NCBI RefSeq assembly: GCF_965196625.1
Contig: NZ_OZ239769.1
Coordinates: 360,001-392,000 of the forward strand
Length of the DNA stretch: 32,000 nucleotides
Direction: 5' to 3'
Source of the DNA: Candidatus Saccharimonadota bacterium
Lineage (GTDB): Bacteria; Bacteroidota; Bacteroidia; Cytophagales; Amoebophilaceae
How positions within the stretch are numbered: position 1 is the first letter of the stretch; the number at the start of each line of letters is the position of its first letter. A model generated the notes under the pieces. It did no database searches and was not told where the DNA came from. It worked only from the letters and a program-made list of their open reading frames with translations. This document shows, piece after piece, positions 14,471 through 24,354 of this stretch. Position numbers and translations under genes: made by a program.

Positions 14471-17446
14471 TTAAAACCAGTCTTCTTGATTGAATATGTC
14501 GAACTCGCAGTTAAACTTAGGTAGTTGGAACTCGAACTTCCAGCTATTCTCGTTCGATTTTTTTAAAAAACCAAAATCCATAGAAAAGTTAAAAACAGGG
14601 ATATTTATATTAAATAGTACCCTAGATGAAAAGTAAAGTTTTGTACCTATAATATCCGTGGTGGCATTTTCGCAATTGAGCTTTTCATTGATGCCTGTGC
14701 GATTTATTCCTCTTTCTTCAAGTTTATAATAACCCTCGATCCATATTTTCTCTAAAAAACAAATCAGTGGTATGCCCCATTCTGGATAGGCTATAGGCGC
14801 ACCATAGCTTATTTGAATGGCTCCACTCCAAAAGGGTGGACAGCTTTCGGATGTTAATCTGTTGAGCGTAGGTTTTAAACTAAAATAATGATGGCTTGCC
14901 ATCCCTGGAAAGCAAAATGTAGAATTAAGATAAGCTGTATTTTCTAAGCGGATAGGACTGTTTTTGTAATCCTTAAACCCTATCTCAATTTGTTGATACC
15001 AAGGTGCATGAATATCCCTTTTACTTTTGGTTGAGGAATTTTTTATAAAAAAACTATAGGCTGCGGTATGGGTTATTTTTTTACTTATTTCACATCGGCT
15101 TAAATCCTTTATTGCGGCCTTTATGTATGCTTCCCCTGAAGAACTGGCTAAAGTAAAATAATAAGGAAATTTTATGGCTGCATTTAATCCGCCTTTCCAA
15201 AATACCTTACTTGGGCTTTGATTTATGTATGCAAATGTATCACCACCATCTCTCAAAATCTGTAATAGCCGTACGCTCGAATCTTTATTCTTAATCTTGT
15301 GCCTGCTCGTTTTCACATCTACTGCTAAAATCGGATAACAGGTTGTATACTTTACCTTTAACCCTAATTCAGTTGATTTATAATCACTATCCCTTACTTT
15401 ATTAAATAGGTTAGAATTTTGGTACAAATAAGGGGTGACTTTTAGGGTATCTTCTAAGTTTCCTAATGTAAAAGGCTCGATGGTTAACCCTCTATCTTCC
15501 CAATTGGGAGCTATACTTGTGCCAGTAAAGGTAAGATCATCTTTGAAATGATAGCTTGTAAGTGGATGCAGATCGACAGAAACTTTTTCTAGTATATTAC
15601 TATTTTGCTCTTGTGCCACCAGTGGTTCATAATACCTTACAGACCGATCCTCTACCTCCTCTAGAGGCGTCCACAGAAGGGGGTCAAAAGGCATCACAGC
15701 TATGTCCATACCATTTTTGGTATAGTCATTGAAAATAAGTTGATTGGATACCGGATCTACCATGCCCAAATAGGCGCCATATTTTCTTGAAGTAACTTGA
15801 AAACAAGCTTTTGTAGGCAAGTGCATAGCATAAATATTATCAATGCCATTATAGGAGCTGTTATAAAGCAAGTAGTCTTTGTAAATTCTAGGGTAGCTTC
15901 TATGCTCATAGGTGTAAGGCAAGAGCACTTCTGTGGTATTGGTTGCTATATTGATTTGTAAAATGCTGTTTTGTTGGTTCTTGGTTTTTACCACTACTAT
16001 ATGGTCTTCACCAGACCAACTGGGTGTTAGATAATAACCCGCATCTGGGTTATCTATTTTTTTGACTACTTTACCAGACTTTGTTTCTAAGACAACCAAA
16101 AAATGGTTGCCAGCTTTGTCAGTTGTTACAGCAACTAACTGGCGGGTACTAGGGCTTATAGCTAGTGCAGTATACCTGCTGTTTGAAACAAGGGTTTTTC
16201 TTTTTTTTGTTTTAAGATCATAATATTGCAAGCGGATGGTTTGTTTATTCCCTTGCCAAGGATGCTTACATGTTTCTAGCCAAGCTGCACACCCCTCACC
16301 TAAAGCAGGAGCTGGAAGCGTGGTCTCATGTATGTATAGTATTGTCTTATCTTTTCGAAGGTTTGCTGCAGTAGGCTTAGAAGAGGCGATTTTAACCTGT
16401 ACCAGCTGCTCACGAAAGCCTATTCCTTGTTTCCAAGCCATCAGGTTACCTGATGCGTCCATAAAGGGATGGGTATAGTTAAAGCTATCGTCCGCCTTTT
16501 TAATGGTAAGCTGGATGGCAGGTGTGATCTTTAACCCTGCTAACTGCTTTTGCCAACTAAGCAATAGCTCCTCGTTCATATCTTTATATACCCCTAGTAT
16601 CGACTTTTTAGTAACCTTTTTTATAGCATTGTAAAATCCAAAATAAGGTATACTGCGCATGGTATGTTCAAAAATGGATTTGATGGCACTTATACCATAT
16701 TTTCTTCGGATATGTGTCGTGAAATAATAGCCTAGGTGATAGTAACATGGTACCTCGTGCTTCGAAGAGCCAAAGAGTTGCCTACTAAAACTCACTGTGT
16801 CACGCTCTAGTAGGTTCACTTTATATAGTTTTTCCCACCCAGGCAGACGGCCTCGGCCACTTTTTGAAAGCGCTGTTTCTATACCGACTGAATCGCCCTC
16901 TTTAAAAAAGGGGCTAACGCCACATACCGTAACAAGACCTGCTCCAAAATAGAGCGGCTTAAGCCAACGAGGTGTACTATGGTATTCAATGCTATGTTGT
17001 GCCGCATGTCTAAACTCATGTATACACAACATATCTAACCAGTCAACATTACCAATAAAATTGGGGTCAGGATTGTATAAGGTATAAAAATATATATGCC
17101 GTGGAATAGGTTTAAAATGTGCGTTAAGGTGGGCTGACGTATTGTTGATCACTAAACGAATAGGGCTAGGATATACGCCCAGTGTTCTACATACAGGTTT
17201 ATATACTGCCTCTAATGTATTGGCTACACGTTGCGTTAGGTCAGTCGCACTTGCATCAAACAATAAATTAAAATGAGGTGTTGTTATTTTTTGTTTTCCC
17301 TTGGCATGGCTAAAAAAAGAAAAGCATAAAAAGAATAAAAAATTGATGCCAACAATCAAAGATTTCAGCTTCTTTTGTTTAAAAAAGATATAAGGCAAAT
17401 GATATGGGAACATATGCGTAAATAGTAATAGTATGGATTTAAGCAA
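14471..17446 (-). CDS. large hypothetical envelope protein: signal anchor, HExxH metalloprotease-like motif, TolB/PD40-like beta-propeller region and probable C-terminal beta-barrel
   Basis: The 991-aa ORF has an N-terminal hydrophobic anchor (LIVGINFLFFLCFSFFSHA). HEFRH lies at aa 143-147 (nt ~17006-17020), with a downstream FKEGDSVGIE. The central region has repeated propeller-like strands. The C-terminus has alternating strands and ends in ...FNQEDWF, with the terminal aromatic residue typical of OM barrels. It lies 11 nt upstream of murB on the same strand. Confidence 0.6.
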   Translation of the reverse strand: MLKSILLLFTHMFPYHLPYIFFKQKKLKSLIVGINFLFFLCFSFFSHAKGKQKITTPHFNLLFDASATDLTQRVANTLEAVYKPVCRTLGVYPSPIRLVINNTSAHLNAHFKPIPRHIYFYTLYNPDPNFIGNVDWLDMLCIHEFRHAAQHSIEYHSTPRWLKPLYFGAGLVTVCGVSPFFKEGDSVGIETALSKSGRGRLPGWEKLYKVNLLERDTVSFSRQLFGSSKHEVPCYYHLGYYFTTHIRRKYGISAIKSIFEHTMRSIPYFGFYNAIKKVTKKSILGVYKDMNEELLLSWQKQLAGLKITPAIQLTIKKADDSFNYTHPFMDASGNLMAWKQGIGFREQLVQVKIASSKPTAANLRKDKTILYIHETTLPAPALGEGCAAWLETCKHPWQGNKQTIRLQYYDLKTKKRKTLVSNSRYTALAISPSTRQLVAVTTDKAGNHFLVVLETKSGKVVKKIDNPDAGYYLTPSWSGEDHIVVVKTKNQQNSILQINIATNTTEVLLPYTYEHRSYPRIYKDYLLYNSSYNGIDNIYAMHLPTKACFQVTSRKYGAYLGMVDPVSNQLIFNDYTKNGMDIAVMPFDPLLWTPLEEVEDRSVRYYEPLVAQEQNSNILEKVSVDLHPLTSYHFKDDLTFTGTSIAPNWEDRGLTIEPFTLGNLEDTLKVTPYLYQNSNLFNKVRDSDYKSTELGLKVKYTTCYPILAVDVKTSRHKIKNKDSSVRLLQILRDGGDTFAYINQSPSKVFWKGGLNAAIKFPYYFTLASSSGEAYIKAAIKDLSRCEISKKITHTAAYSFFIKNSSTKSKRDIHAPWYQQIEIGFKDYKNSPIRLENTAYLNSTFCFPGMASHHYFSLKPTLNRLTSESCPPFWSGAIQISYGAPIAYPEWGIPLICFLEKIWIEGYYKLEERGINRTGINEKLNCENATTDIIGTKLYFSSRVLFNINIPVFNFSMDFGFLKKSNENSWKFEFQLPKFNCEFDIFNQEDWF

Positions 17447-17935
17447 TAAAGGTAATAAAATTACCTGAAACTCTTTTTTGTATATTTAAATTTGACTTTT
17501 AGGCTAATGCATAAATACGATCTATGTAAAAATATAAAATATAAAAATTAATGGAGGTATATTTTCGCTATTCGATACACATATAGCCTACCCCTTACCA
17601 AATATCGATTTCAATTACAAATCTAGGTCTAGCGTGCTTTAAACCGTGCCTATCTAAAATGATAGGCTAAAGTAGACTACAGGTCTAATGCATCATATAA
17701 AATATTGATAGCCACTAACCCTATCTAATTTAGGCTCAATTAATTGATAATATTGATAAATTTATATGTTTTCTTATTAGCTTTAAGCCAATCTAAATTG
17801 GCCATTGCTTAGCAAGATGAAGAGGAGGAAGCGCTATTCCATTTTTCAGATAAAGCCAGTGGCTATACGGTTACCAATGGGTATAAGCTATCCCAAGCTA
17901 TTATTGATTTTGCTGATTATTGAATAAAACTAGAT

Positions 17936-20727
17936 ATGCAACCTTATATTTTTACTGAAATAGAAAAAAAATGGCAGAATAGATGGAAGGAACAAAAAGC
18001 TATTATAGATCATAGTTCCTTTGCTACTAAAAATCTACCCAAATATTATATGCTGAATATGTTTCCGTATCCGTCAGGATCAGGGCTTCATGTAGGACAC
18101 TATATAGGGTATGTTGCATCAGATATATTATCCCGTTACTATAAACATAGTGGATACCATGTTATGAATCCAATGGGGTTTGATGCTTTTGGCCTTCCTG
18201 CTGAGCAACATGCTATTCAAACTGGTAGGCATCCTGCGGTTACCACTGCAAAAAATATAGAAAGATATATCGTGCAACTGAAACAGGTGGCGTTAGATTT
18301 TGATTGGGATCAATCAGTCAATACCAGTGAACCTGGTTATTATAAATGGACACAGTGGATATTTTTACAAATGTTCAATGCTTGGTACAATACTGATAAG
18401 CAAACCGCACTCCCTATTGAGAGGCTTATTCAAGAATTTGCTTGCTACGGTAATACCAAGGTACGGGCTGCTTGTGATGACCACACCCCTATTTTTTCAG
18501 CTGAGGAGTGGAATGCATTTTCTGAGACAGAAAAACACGCAAAACTATTGCATTATCGATTGGCCTATCTAAAAGATAGCACAGTAAATTGGTGTGAAGC
18601 ACTGGGTACTGTTTTAGCCAATGAGGAAGTTAAAGATGGGCTTTCTGAAAGGGGAGGACATCCAGTAACACGCAAAAAAATGAAGCAGTGGAGCTTACGT
18701 ATGACTGCCTATGCAGAACGGTTGCTAACCGATTTAAAAGGATTAGATTGGCCGCTTTCTACTAAAGAAATGCAGCGCAATTGGTTAGGTAAGTCTGAAG
18801 GCGCAGAAATTACCTTTAGGGTACAAGGCCAGCGGGGAGAGACCATTTCGGTTTTTACTACACGACCCGAGACCATTTTTGGTACTTGTTTTATTGCCCT
18901 AGCACCTGAACACCCTTGGGCTAATTTTATGGCCCAAAAAACAGGTAACGTAGAACTTATTGCTTACATCGAGCAATCTAAAAATCGTTCAGATCGCAGC
19001 CGTCTTGCAGAAACTAACTTTTTAAGTGGTGTATTTTGTAGGAGCCTGTGTAATACATCCCTTTACAGGTGCCCCATTGCCTATCTGGGTGGCAGATTAT
19101 GTACTGCCTAGCTATGGTAGGGGTGCGATTATGGGTGTGCCTGCGCATGATAAACGAGATTATATCTTTGCCCAATATTTTGATTTGCTAACCTTACCTG
19201 TAATAGAAAGCAGCGTGCTTATAGAAGAGGGTCCATATGAAGAACCTGAAGGTAAGATGATTAATTCTGACTTTCTAAATGGGCTTTCAGTAGCGGAAGC
19301 TGCTGAAAAAGTTGTGGAAAAACTTACCCAGAAGCGGATTGGGAGGTATAAGGTTAACTATCGATTGCAAGATCCTATATTTAGTCGGCAACGCTATTGG
19401 GGGGAGCCTTTTCCAATATACTACAAAGAAGACGGCCTGCCTTATGCCCTTTCTGAGGATCAACTGCCCCTCGTATTACCGGAGGTAAGTAGTTATAAAC
19501 CAAATAAATACTGGTGAGCCACCATTGGGCAATGCATTGCATTGGTCTACACCAAAGGGCTATCCCTTAGACCTCCATACTATGCCCGGTTGGGCAGGTT
19601 CTAGTTGGTATTTTTTGCGTTATATGGATCCACATAATGCAGAAGCTTTTTTAAGTAAGGAAAAAGAAGCCTATTGGAAAGGTGTAGATTTCTATATAGG
19701 TGGCGCAGAACATGCAACGGGGCATCTCCTTTATGCGCGCTTTTGGACCAAGCTATTGTATGATTTGGGACACATTCATATCAGTGAACCCTTTCCAAAA
19801 TTGCTCCATCAAGGGCTTATTCAAAAGCTTACGGCAATAGTCTATCGGTTAAAGGATAAAAATATCTTGGTTAGTGCTGGTCTGATAGAGCAATATGATG
19901 TCATGCCTATATATATCCCCACAGCCTTTGTTGAAAAAGGTGTATTAGACCTAACCGCATTAAGAAATTGGCGCCCTGAGTTTGCGGATGTCCGCTTCTT
20001 GCTAGAAGATGGTAAATATATATGTGGGGGTAAAATGGAAAAAATGTCTAAGTCTAAGTACAACGTAGTGGACCCAGATGAGGTTATTGCCCAATATGGT
20101 GCGGATGCTTTGCGTTTGTACTTGATGTTTTTAGGACCATTAGAACAATCTAAACCATGGGATTTGTCTGGTATAGAAGGCGTATTTCGCTTTCTAAATA
20201 AAGTATGGCGCTTTGTACATCATGCAAAAGCTTCATGGGGGGCTACTGCGCTATTGCCGGACCAGGAGATGGTTAAAATAATCCATCAAACCATTAAAAA
20301 AGTAACGGAATCCATTCAAAAATATTCTTTTAATACGGCTATAAGCAGTTTAATGATTGGCCTAAATAGGTTGTCAACTTTTGAAAAGGTACCGCAGTCT
20401 ATTGTAGAAGATTTTATTGTGCTTTTGGAACCTTTTGCGCCTTATATGGCTGCTGAGCTATGGGAAAGGATAGGAAAAAGTGGTAGCCTTACAGAGGTGG
20501 CTTTTCCACTTTGTAATGAAACCTATTTAAAAGAAAAAAGTTTTGAATATGCTATTGCAGTAAATGGCAAGGTGCGTACTAAAATGGTTTTTGACTATAA
20601 TGTATCGGCTGGCGCTATAGAAAAAGCAGTATTGGCCAATGCAGTGGTTCAAAAATGGGTTGCAGGTAAGTTACTTAAAAATATAGTGGTTGTGCCTAAT
20701 AAAATGGTAAATGTGGTCTTAGGCTAG
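17936..20727 (+). pseudogene. leuS: leucine--tRNA ligase interrupted by two +1 frame disruptions (three ORFs: 17936-19111, 19026-19517, 19525-20727)
   Basis: The three consecutive ORFs are colinear with LeuRS. They carry the HIGH motif (HVGHYIGY), [72 protein letters not shown], the KMSKS motif (KMSKSKYN) and a C-terminal VNGKVR...VPNKMVNVVL. Skipping t19037 (in T4 run 19034-19037) joins ...LSGVF|[11 protein letters not shown]. Skipping one base in 19503-19509 joins ...SYKPNK|[12 protein letters not shown]. The reconstructed product is 929 aa. Confidence 0.85.
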
Positions 20728-20749
20728 CTTGAACCCGTTGTGAACCATA

Positions 20750-21643
20750 TCATGAGCAACCTACCCTATTGGTGGCCAATGCATTGGTTAGTGCTACGAA
20801 TTCAGCTACGCTTAGCTCCTCTGCACGTTTGTTCAATAAATCGGCACAACCCATATTGGATGTATTGAAAGCACGCAAAGCATTGTGTAGCTTTTTCCGA
20901 CGCTGTTGAAAACCACTTTTGACGATTTGAAAAAATAGCTGCTCATTACATGGCAACTTTTTTACGCTATTGCGATGCATGGTAATAACCGCAGAATCCA
21001 CCTTAGGAGGCGGCAAAAAAAGATCAGGCGGAACTGTAAAATGGTATTCTACCCTATAGAATGCTTGTAAAAACAGACTAAGGATCCCATAAGCCTTGCT
21101 ACCTGGTTGAGCAGCCATTCGTTGTGCTACCTCCTTCTGGACCATTCCTACCACTTCATGTACCACATGACGATTCTCTAGAATTTTAAAAAAAATTTGA
21201 GAAGAAATATTATAGGGGAAATTCCCAATAATAGTCAACCGTCTACCTTCAAATAGGTCTGCTAGGGGTAAAGCTAAAAAATCTGCTGCTATGATTCTAC
21301 TACTTAATTGCGGATATTGTTTTTTTAAATAGGGGATGAGCTCCCTATCTACCTCTACAAGGTATAAATCAGCAATAGACTTACAGAGCAACATTTCTGT
21401 TAAACTACCCCTACCAGGTCCTACTTCAACTACTGTACCTACAAGACTCTCATCTGTTAAGAGATTTACGATTTGACTGGATACAGCAGCATCTGTTAAA
21501 AAATGCTGACCCAATGATTTTTTAATCTTTATAGGCATGTGCATCTTTAGGTCGTCTAGGAGTGGGGGTGATAGAGGCATCAACAGCTGCTTGCTAGCTG
21601 AAATATCTTCCGCACTTAGCTGGTCGCTTGTTTTGATTGCCAT
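20750..21643 (-). CDS. rsmA: 16S rRNA (adenine1518/1519-N6)-dimethyltransferase RsmA/KsgA
   Basis: The 297-aa ORF has KKSLGQHFL, VVEVGPGRGSLT (SAM site), IIGNFPYNISSQI and a C-terminal RAEELSVAEF. The conserved core begins at MHMPIKIKKSLGQHFL, so the true start may be the ATG ending at 21544. Confidence 0.9.
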   Translation of the reverse strand: MAIKTSDQLSAEDISASKQLLMPLSPPLLDDLKMHMPIKIKKSLGQHFLTDAAVSSQIVNLLTDESLVGTVVEVGPGRGSLTEMLLCKSIADLYLVEVDRELIPYLKKQYPQLSSRIIAADFLALPLADLFEGRRLTIIGNFPYNISSQIFFKILENRHVVHEVVGMVQKEVAQRMAAQPGSKAYGILSLFLQAFYRVEYHFTVPPDLFLPPPKVDSAVITMHRNSVKKLPCNEQLFFQIVKSGFQQRRKKLHNALRAFNTSNMGCADLLNKRAEELSVAEFVALTNALATNRVGCS

Positions 21644-21807
21644 AGAGATGCACTATTAAAAAGGATAAAAATACACACCAAAAGAATAAGGCTAATTTAA
21701 CCTTTTTCTAAAAAGGAAAGGAAATTTTTAATAGAAATCTTAAGGGTATATTGCAATGGCCTTAATCCTTAAGTTGACGCCATTGCGTGAATGCCCTCTA
21801 CCATTGT

Positions 21808-21872
21808 TATTCAGTTGTATGGCAAAATTACCCCGAAATAGGAAAAACACGCCCCTGGAAAAGGGTGCAATG
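21808..21872. repeat. copy A of a ~65-nt dispersed intergenic repeat (partner at 29237-29303)
   Basis: tattcagttgtatggcaaaattaccccgaaataggaaaaacacgcccctggaaaagggtgcaatg is about 80% identical by eye to copy B, in the same orientation, including an exact 15-mer tgtatggcaaaatta. On the minus strand it reads as a short GC-rich hairpin plus T5 run immediately after the stop of the 21875-22552 gene. Confidence 0.6.
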
Positions 21873-21874
21873 TT

Positions 21875-22552
21875 TTATGGCTGCTGAATAGACTTTGCTG
21901 GATTGCCTAGCAGTAGGTCACCACTTTTTACATTGCCTAACACAACCGATCCTGTGCCAATGCTGGCACCCTTTTGAATGGTAACGTTGGAAATAATTCT
22001 AGCGCCTATTCCAATAAACACACCCTCTTCTATCGTGACATGCTCCCCAATAATGCTACCTGCACCAATCTCTACCCAGTCGTGAATATGGGTTGCTGAC
22101 TCAATGATGGCCCCATTGTGTACCACACAATGGTTGCCTATGCGTACTTCTGGCGCCAAATTTACTTGTGCGCCTATGTAATTGCCTTGGCCGAGTTCGA
22201 TGGCCTCTGCGATAACTGCGGAGGGATGAATGGCAGAGATGGGCGCGGGTTTTTGTTCTGTAATTAAAAAATTTAAACAGTTTTTTCTTTTTTGGATATG
22301 CCGATAGGCTATAAAAGAAGCACATGCTTCACCCAGTAACGCAAGGAAATTTGGATGATCTGTAGCGCCTAGAACAGGAATGTTATGCATCAGGGTATCA
22401 TGCCATTTGACGTCATCTTCTAAAATGCCATAGACCATTAAATTGTTTTTTTGGAAAATGTCTAAAGCGCCTTTTGTAAGATCGCATACGCCAAAAATAA
22501 TTATACCTTTGTGCATATCATTGTAATTTATCTGTGGTTGATCATGAATCAT
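21875..22552 (-). CDS. hexapeptide-repeat sugar acetyltransferase (NeuD/PglD-like)
   Basis: The 225-aa ORF has an N-terminal Rossmann-like IIIFG segment. The C-terminal half is left-handed beta-helix hexapeptide repeats: IGNHCVVHNGAIIESATHIHDWVEIGAGSIIGEHVTIEEGVFIGIGARIISNVTIQKGASIGTGSVV. The start may be the internal MHKGIIIFG. Confidence 0.7.
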   Translation of the reverse strand: MIHDQPQINYNDMHKGIIIFGVCDLTKGALDIFQKNNLMVYGILEDDVKWHDTLMHNIPVLGATDHPNFLALLGEACASFIAYRHIQKRKNCLNFLITEQKPAPISAIHPSAVIAEAIELGQGNYIGAQVNLAPEVRIGNHCVVHNGAIIESATHIHDWVEIGAGSIIGEHVTIEEGVFIGIGARIISNVTIQKGASIGTGSVVLGNVKSGDLLLGNPAKSIQQP

Positions 22553-22603
22553 TGCTTTGTTTATGCTTATTTTGAATATATAGTCTATTTAATTGATGAT
22601 CAG

Positions 22604-24340
22604 TTAGTAGGCTACTTCTAGCCTCAGCCGTTCTTGGAGCAGCCCGATCGCAGCATTTTTTTTGCATAAATAGATTAATTTTTCTTGATCTGTGTAGGGT
22701 TTTTGAACAGATGGCTGTTCGCCCAAAACGCTTTGGATGGTTAGATCAGGATGATGCAATTTTAGTTTAGGCAAAAGTTCCTCTTTAAGGATTTGTAACA
22801 TCTGTTCTTGAACAGAATTGATCAATGAAATGGTAATTACTGTACCTTGGATTTGTATGGGCTGATTCATAAGATGATATGCAGCGATATGGCCATTCTT
22901 TTTCAGTTGTGCGCTATAATCAGCAAGGAAAGATTCAATCATGGTTGCTGATATGGGTGCTTTTGTAGCATCTTGGTTGCCGATTCTCTGATCGGTATCA
23001 ATCGCTTTTTCCTTTGGGGCCAATGCAGATTTTAAGCTTGCTAAGGTAGGAATAGTTAGTGTTTCTGGTGTTGGTCCCGTTTTTACTGGATGGTTGGGTA
23101 AACGGTCTGTGGTAGGATTGGGTTGGGTAGATGGCGTTATGGATGCGCAAACAGCAGCATCAGCTCCTTTAGGCTTAGGTATAATGGGCGCTTTTGGGGT
23201 ATCTGCTTTTGGCACGGGTGCTGGCCTGTTTGCTGGAGGAGCTGCATGGCTGCTGGCTAGTTCAATCAACGCCAGTTCTACATGCAATCTTTGGTGCCAG
23301 CTGGCTTTATAGCCTATATCACATTGGTTTAAACGGGCTAACGCTTTCAATAAAAAAGGAATGGTGCATTTAGGCGCATATTCAGCATAACGTGGGCGGA
23401 TGTTGTCGGTGACCTCTAAAAGCGGGATGGTAGCGCTGTCTTTACAGACCAATAGGTTGCGTAAATGTTCTCCAAGCCCTACTACAAAATGGTGTCCATT
23501 AAAGCCTGCGCGTAAGATGGCGTCATATAGGGAGAGGGCTGCAGCAATGTTGCTTTCTAAGAAGGCGTCTGTAGATGCAAAATAATAGTCATAGTCTAGA
23601 ATTTGGAGATGGTCGCGTGCAATCGCATAGGTAATGGTACCGCCTGTGCCTGCAGAAGTAGTGACCAAGTCAAAGATAGAAAGTGCATCCCGCATGGCCC
23701 CTTCTGCTTTTTGTGCAATCAGCTGCAGTGCAGCCTCTTCATAAGGAATAGCACTTTGCGTGGCAATGGTTTTAAGCTGTGTGACAATATCTTCTAATTT
23801 AATTCTATTAAAGTTAAAGATTTGACAACGGGATAAAATAGTAGGCAAAACCTTGTGGCGCTCTGTAGTAGCCAATATAAATAAGGCATAGCTAGGGGGC
23901 TCTTCTAATGTTTTTAAGAAGGCATTAAAGGCCGCATTGGACAACATATGGACCTCGTCTATAATGTATATCTTGTATTTACCTACTTGAGGGGCATAGC
24001 GAACCTGTCCAACCAGCTCTCGAATATCCTCTACAGAGTTGTTAGAGGCCGCGTCTAACTCATAGACATTCATCGCACTATTCTTGCTTAAGCTTACACA
24101 ATTGACGCATTGGTTGCAGGGCTCTATGGCTTCTGTGATTTGTAAGCAATTGATGGCCTTGGCCAATATGCGTGCACAAGTAGTTTTCCCCACACCACGC
24201 GGACCACAAAAAAGAAAAGCATGTGCTAGCTGACCAGATGCTATGGCATTCTTTAATGTAGTGGTAATATGAGGCTGGCTAATAACATCTTTAAATGTAG
24301 TAGGACGATATTTTCTTGCAGAAACTACAAATTGACTCAT
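22604..24340 (-). CDS. dnaX: DNA polymerase III subunit gamma/tau
   Basis: The 578-aa ORF has ARKYRPTTFKDV, FCGPRGVGKTT, the zinc module CNQCVNC, IYIIDEVHMLS and TILSRCQ. A Pro/Ala-rich linker and a C-terminal domain follow. Confidence 0.9.
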   Translation of the reverse strand: MSQFVVSARKYRPTTFKDVISQPHITTTLKNAIASGQLAHAFLFCGPRGVGKTTCARILAKAINCLQITEAIEPCNQCVNCVSLSKNSAMNVYELDAASNNSVEDIRELVGQVRYAPQVGKYKIYIIDEVHMLSNAAFNAFLKTLEEPPSYALFILATTERHKVLPTILSRCQIFNFNRIKLEDIVTQLKTIATQSAIPYEEAALQLIAQKAEGAMRDALSIFDLVTTSAGTGGTITYAIARDHLQILDYDYYFASTDAFLESNIAAALSLYDAILRAGFNGHHFVVGLGEHLRNLLVCKDSATIPLLEVTDNIRPRYAEYAPKCTIPFLLKALARLNQCDIGYKASWHQRLHVELALIELASSHAAPPANRPAPVPKADTPKAPIIPKPKGADAAVCASITPSTQPNPTTDRLPNHPVKTGPTPETLTIPTLASLKSALAPKEKAIDTDQRIGNQDATKAPISATMIESFLADYSAQLKKNGHIAAYHLMNQPIQIQGTVITISLINSVQEQMLQILKEELLPKLKLHHPDLTIQSVLGEQPSVQKPYTDQEKLIYLCKKNAAIGLLQERLRLEVAY

Positions 24341-24354
24341 GGTAACATTTTAGC

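Noticed and set aside
21545-21643. A 33-aa N-terminal extension on RsmA
   Set aside because: The conserved KsgA core starts at MHMPIKIKKSLGQHFL. The extension is probably an over-called start, not a novel domain.
22656-22663. An A8 run (coding strand) in dnaX as a possible tau/gamma programmed frameshift site
   Set aside because: It lies at about codon 559 of 578, far downstream of the domain III/IV boundary where gamma is produced in E. coli. I saw no slippery heptamer plus downstream stem in the relevant linker region.
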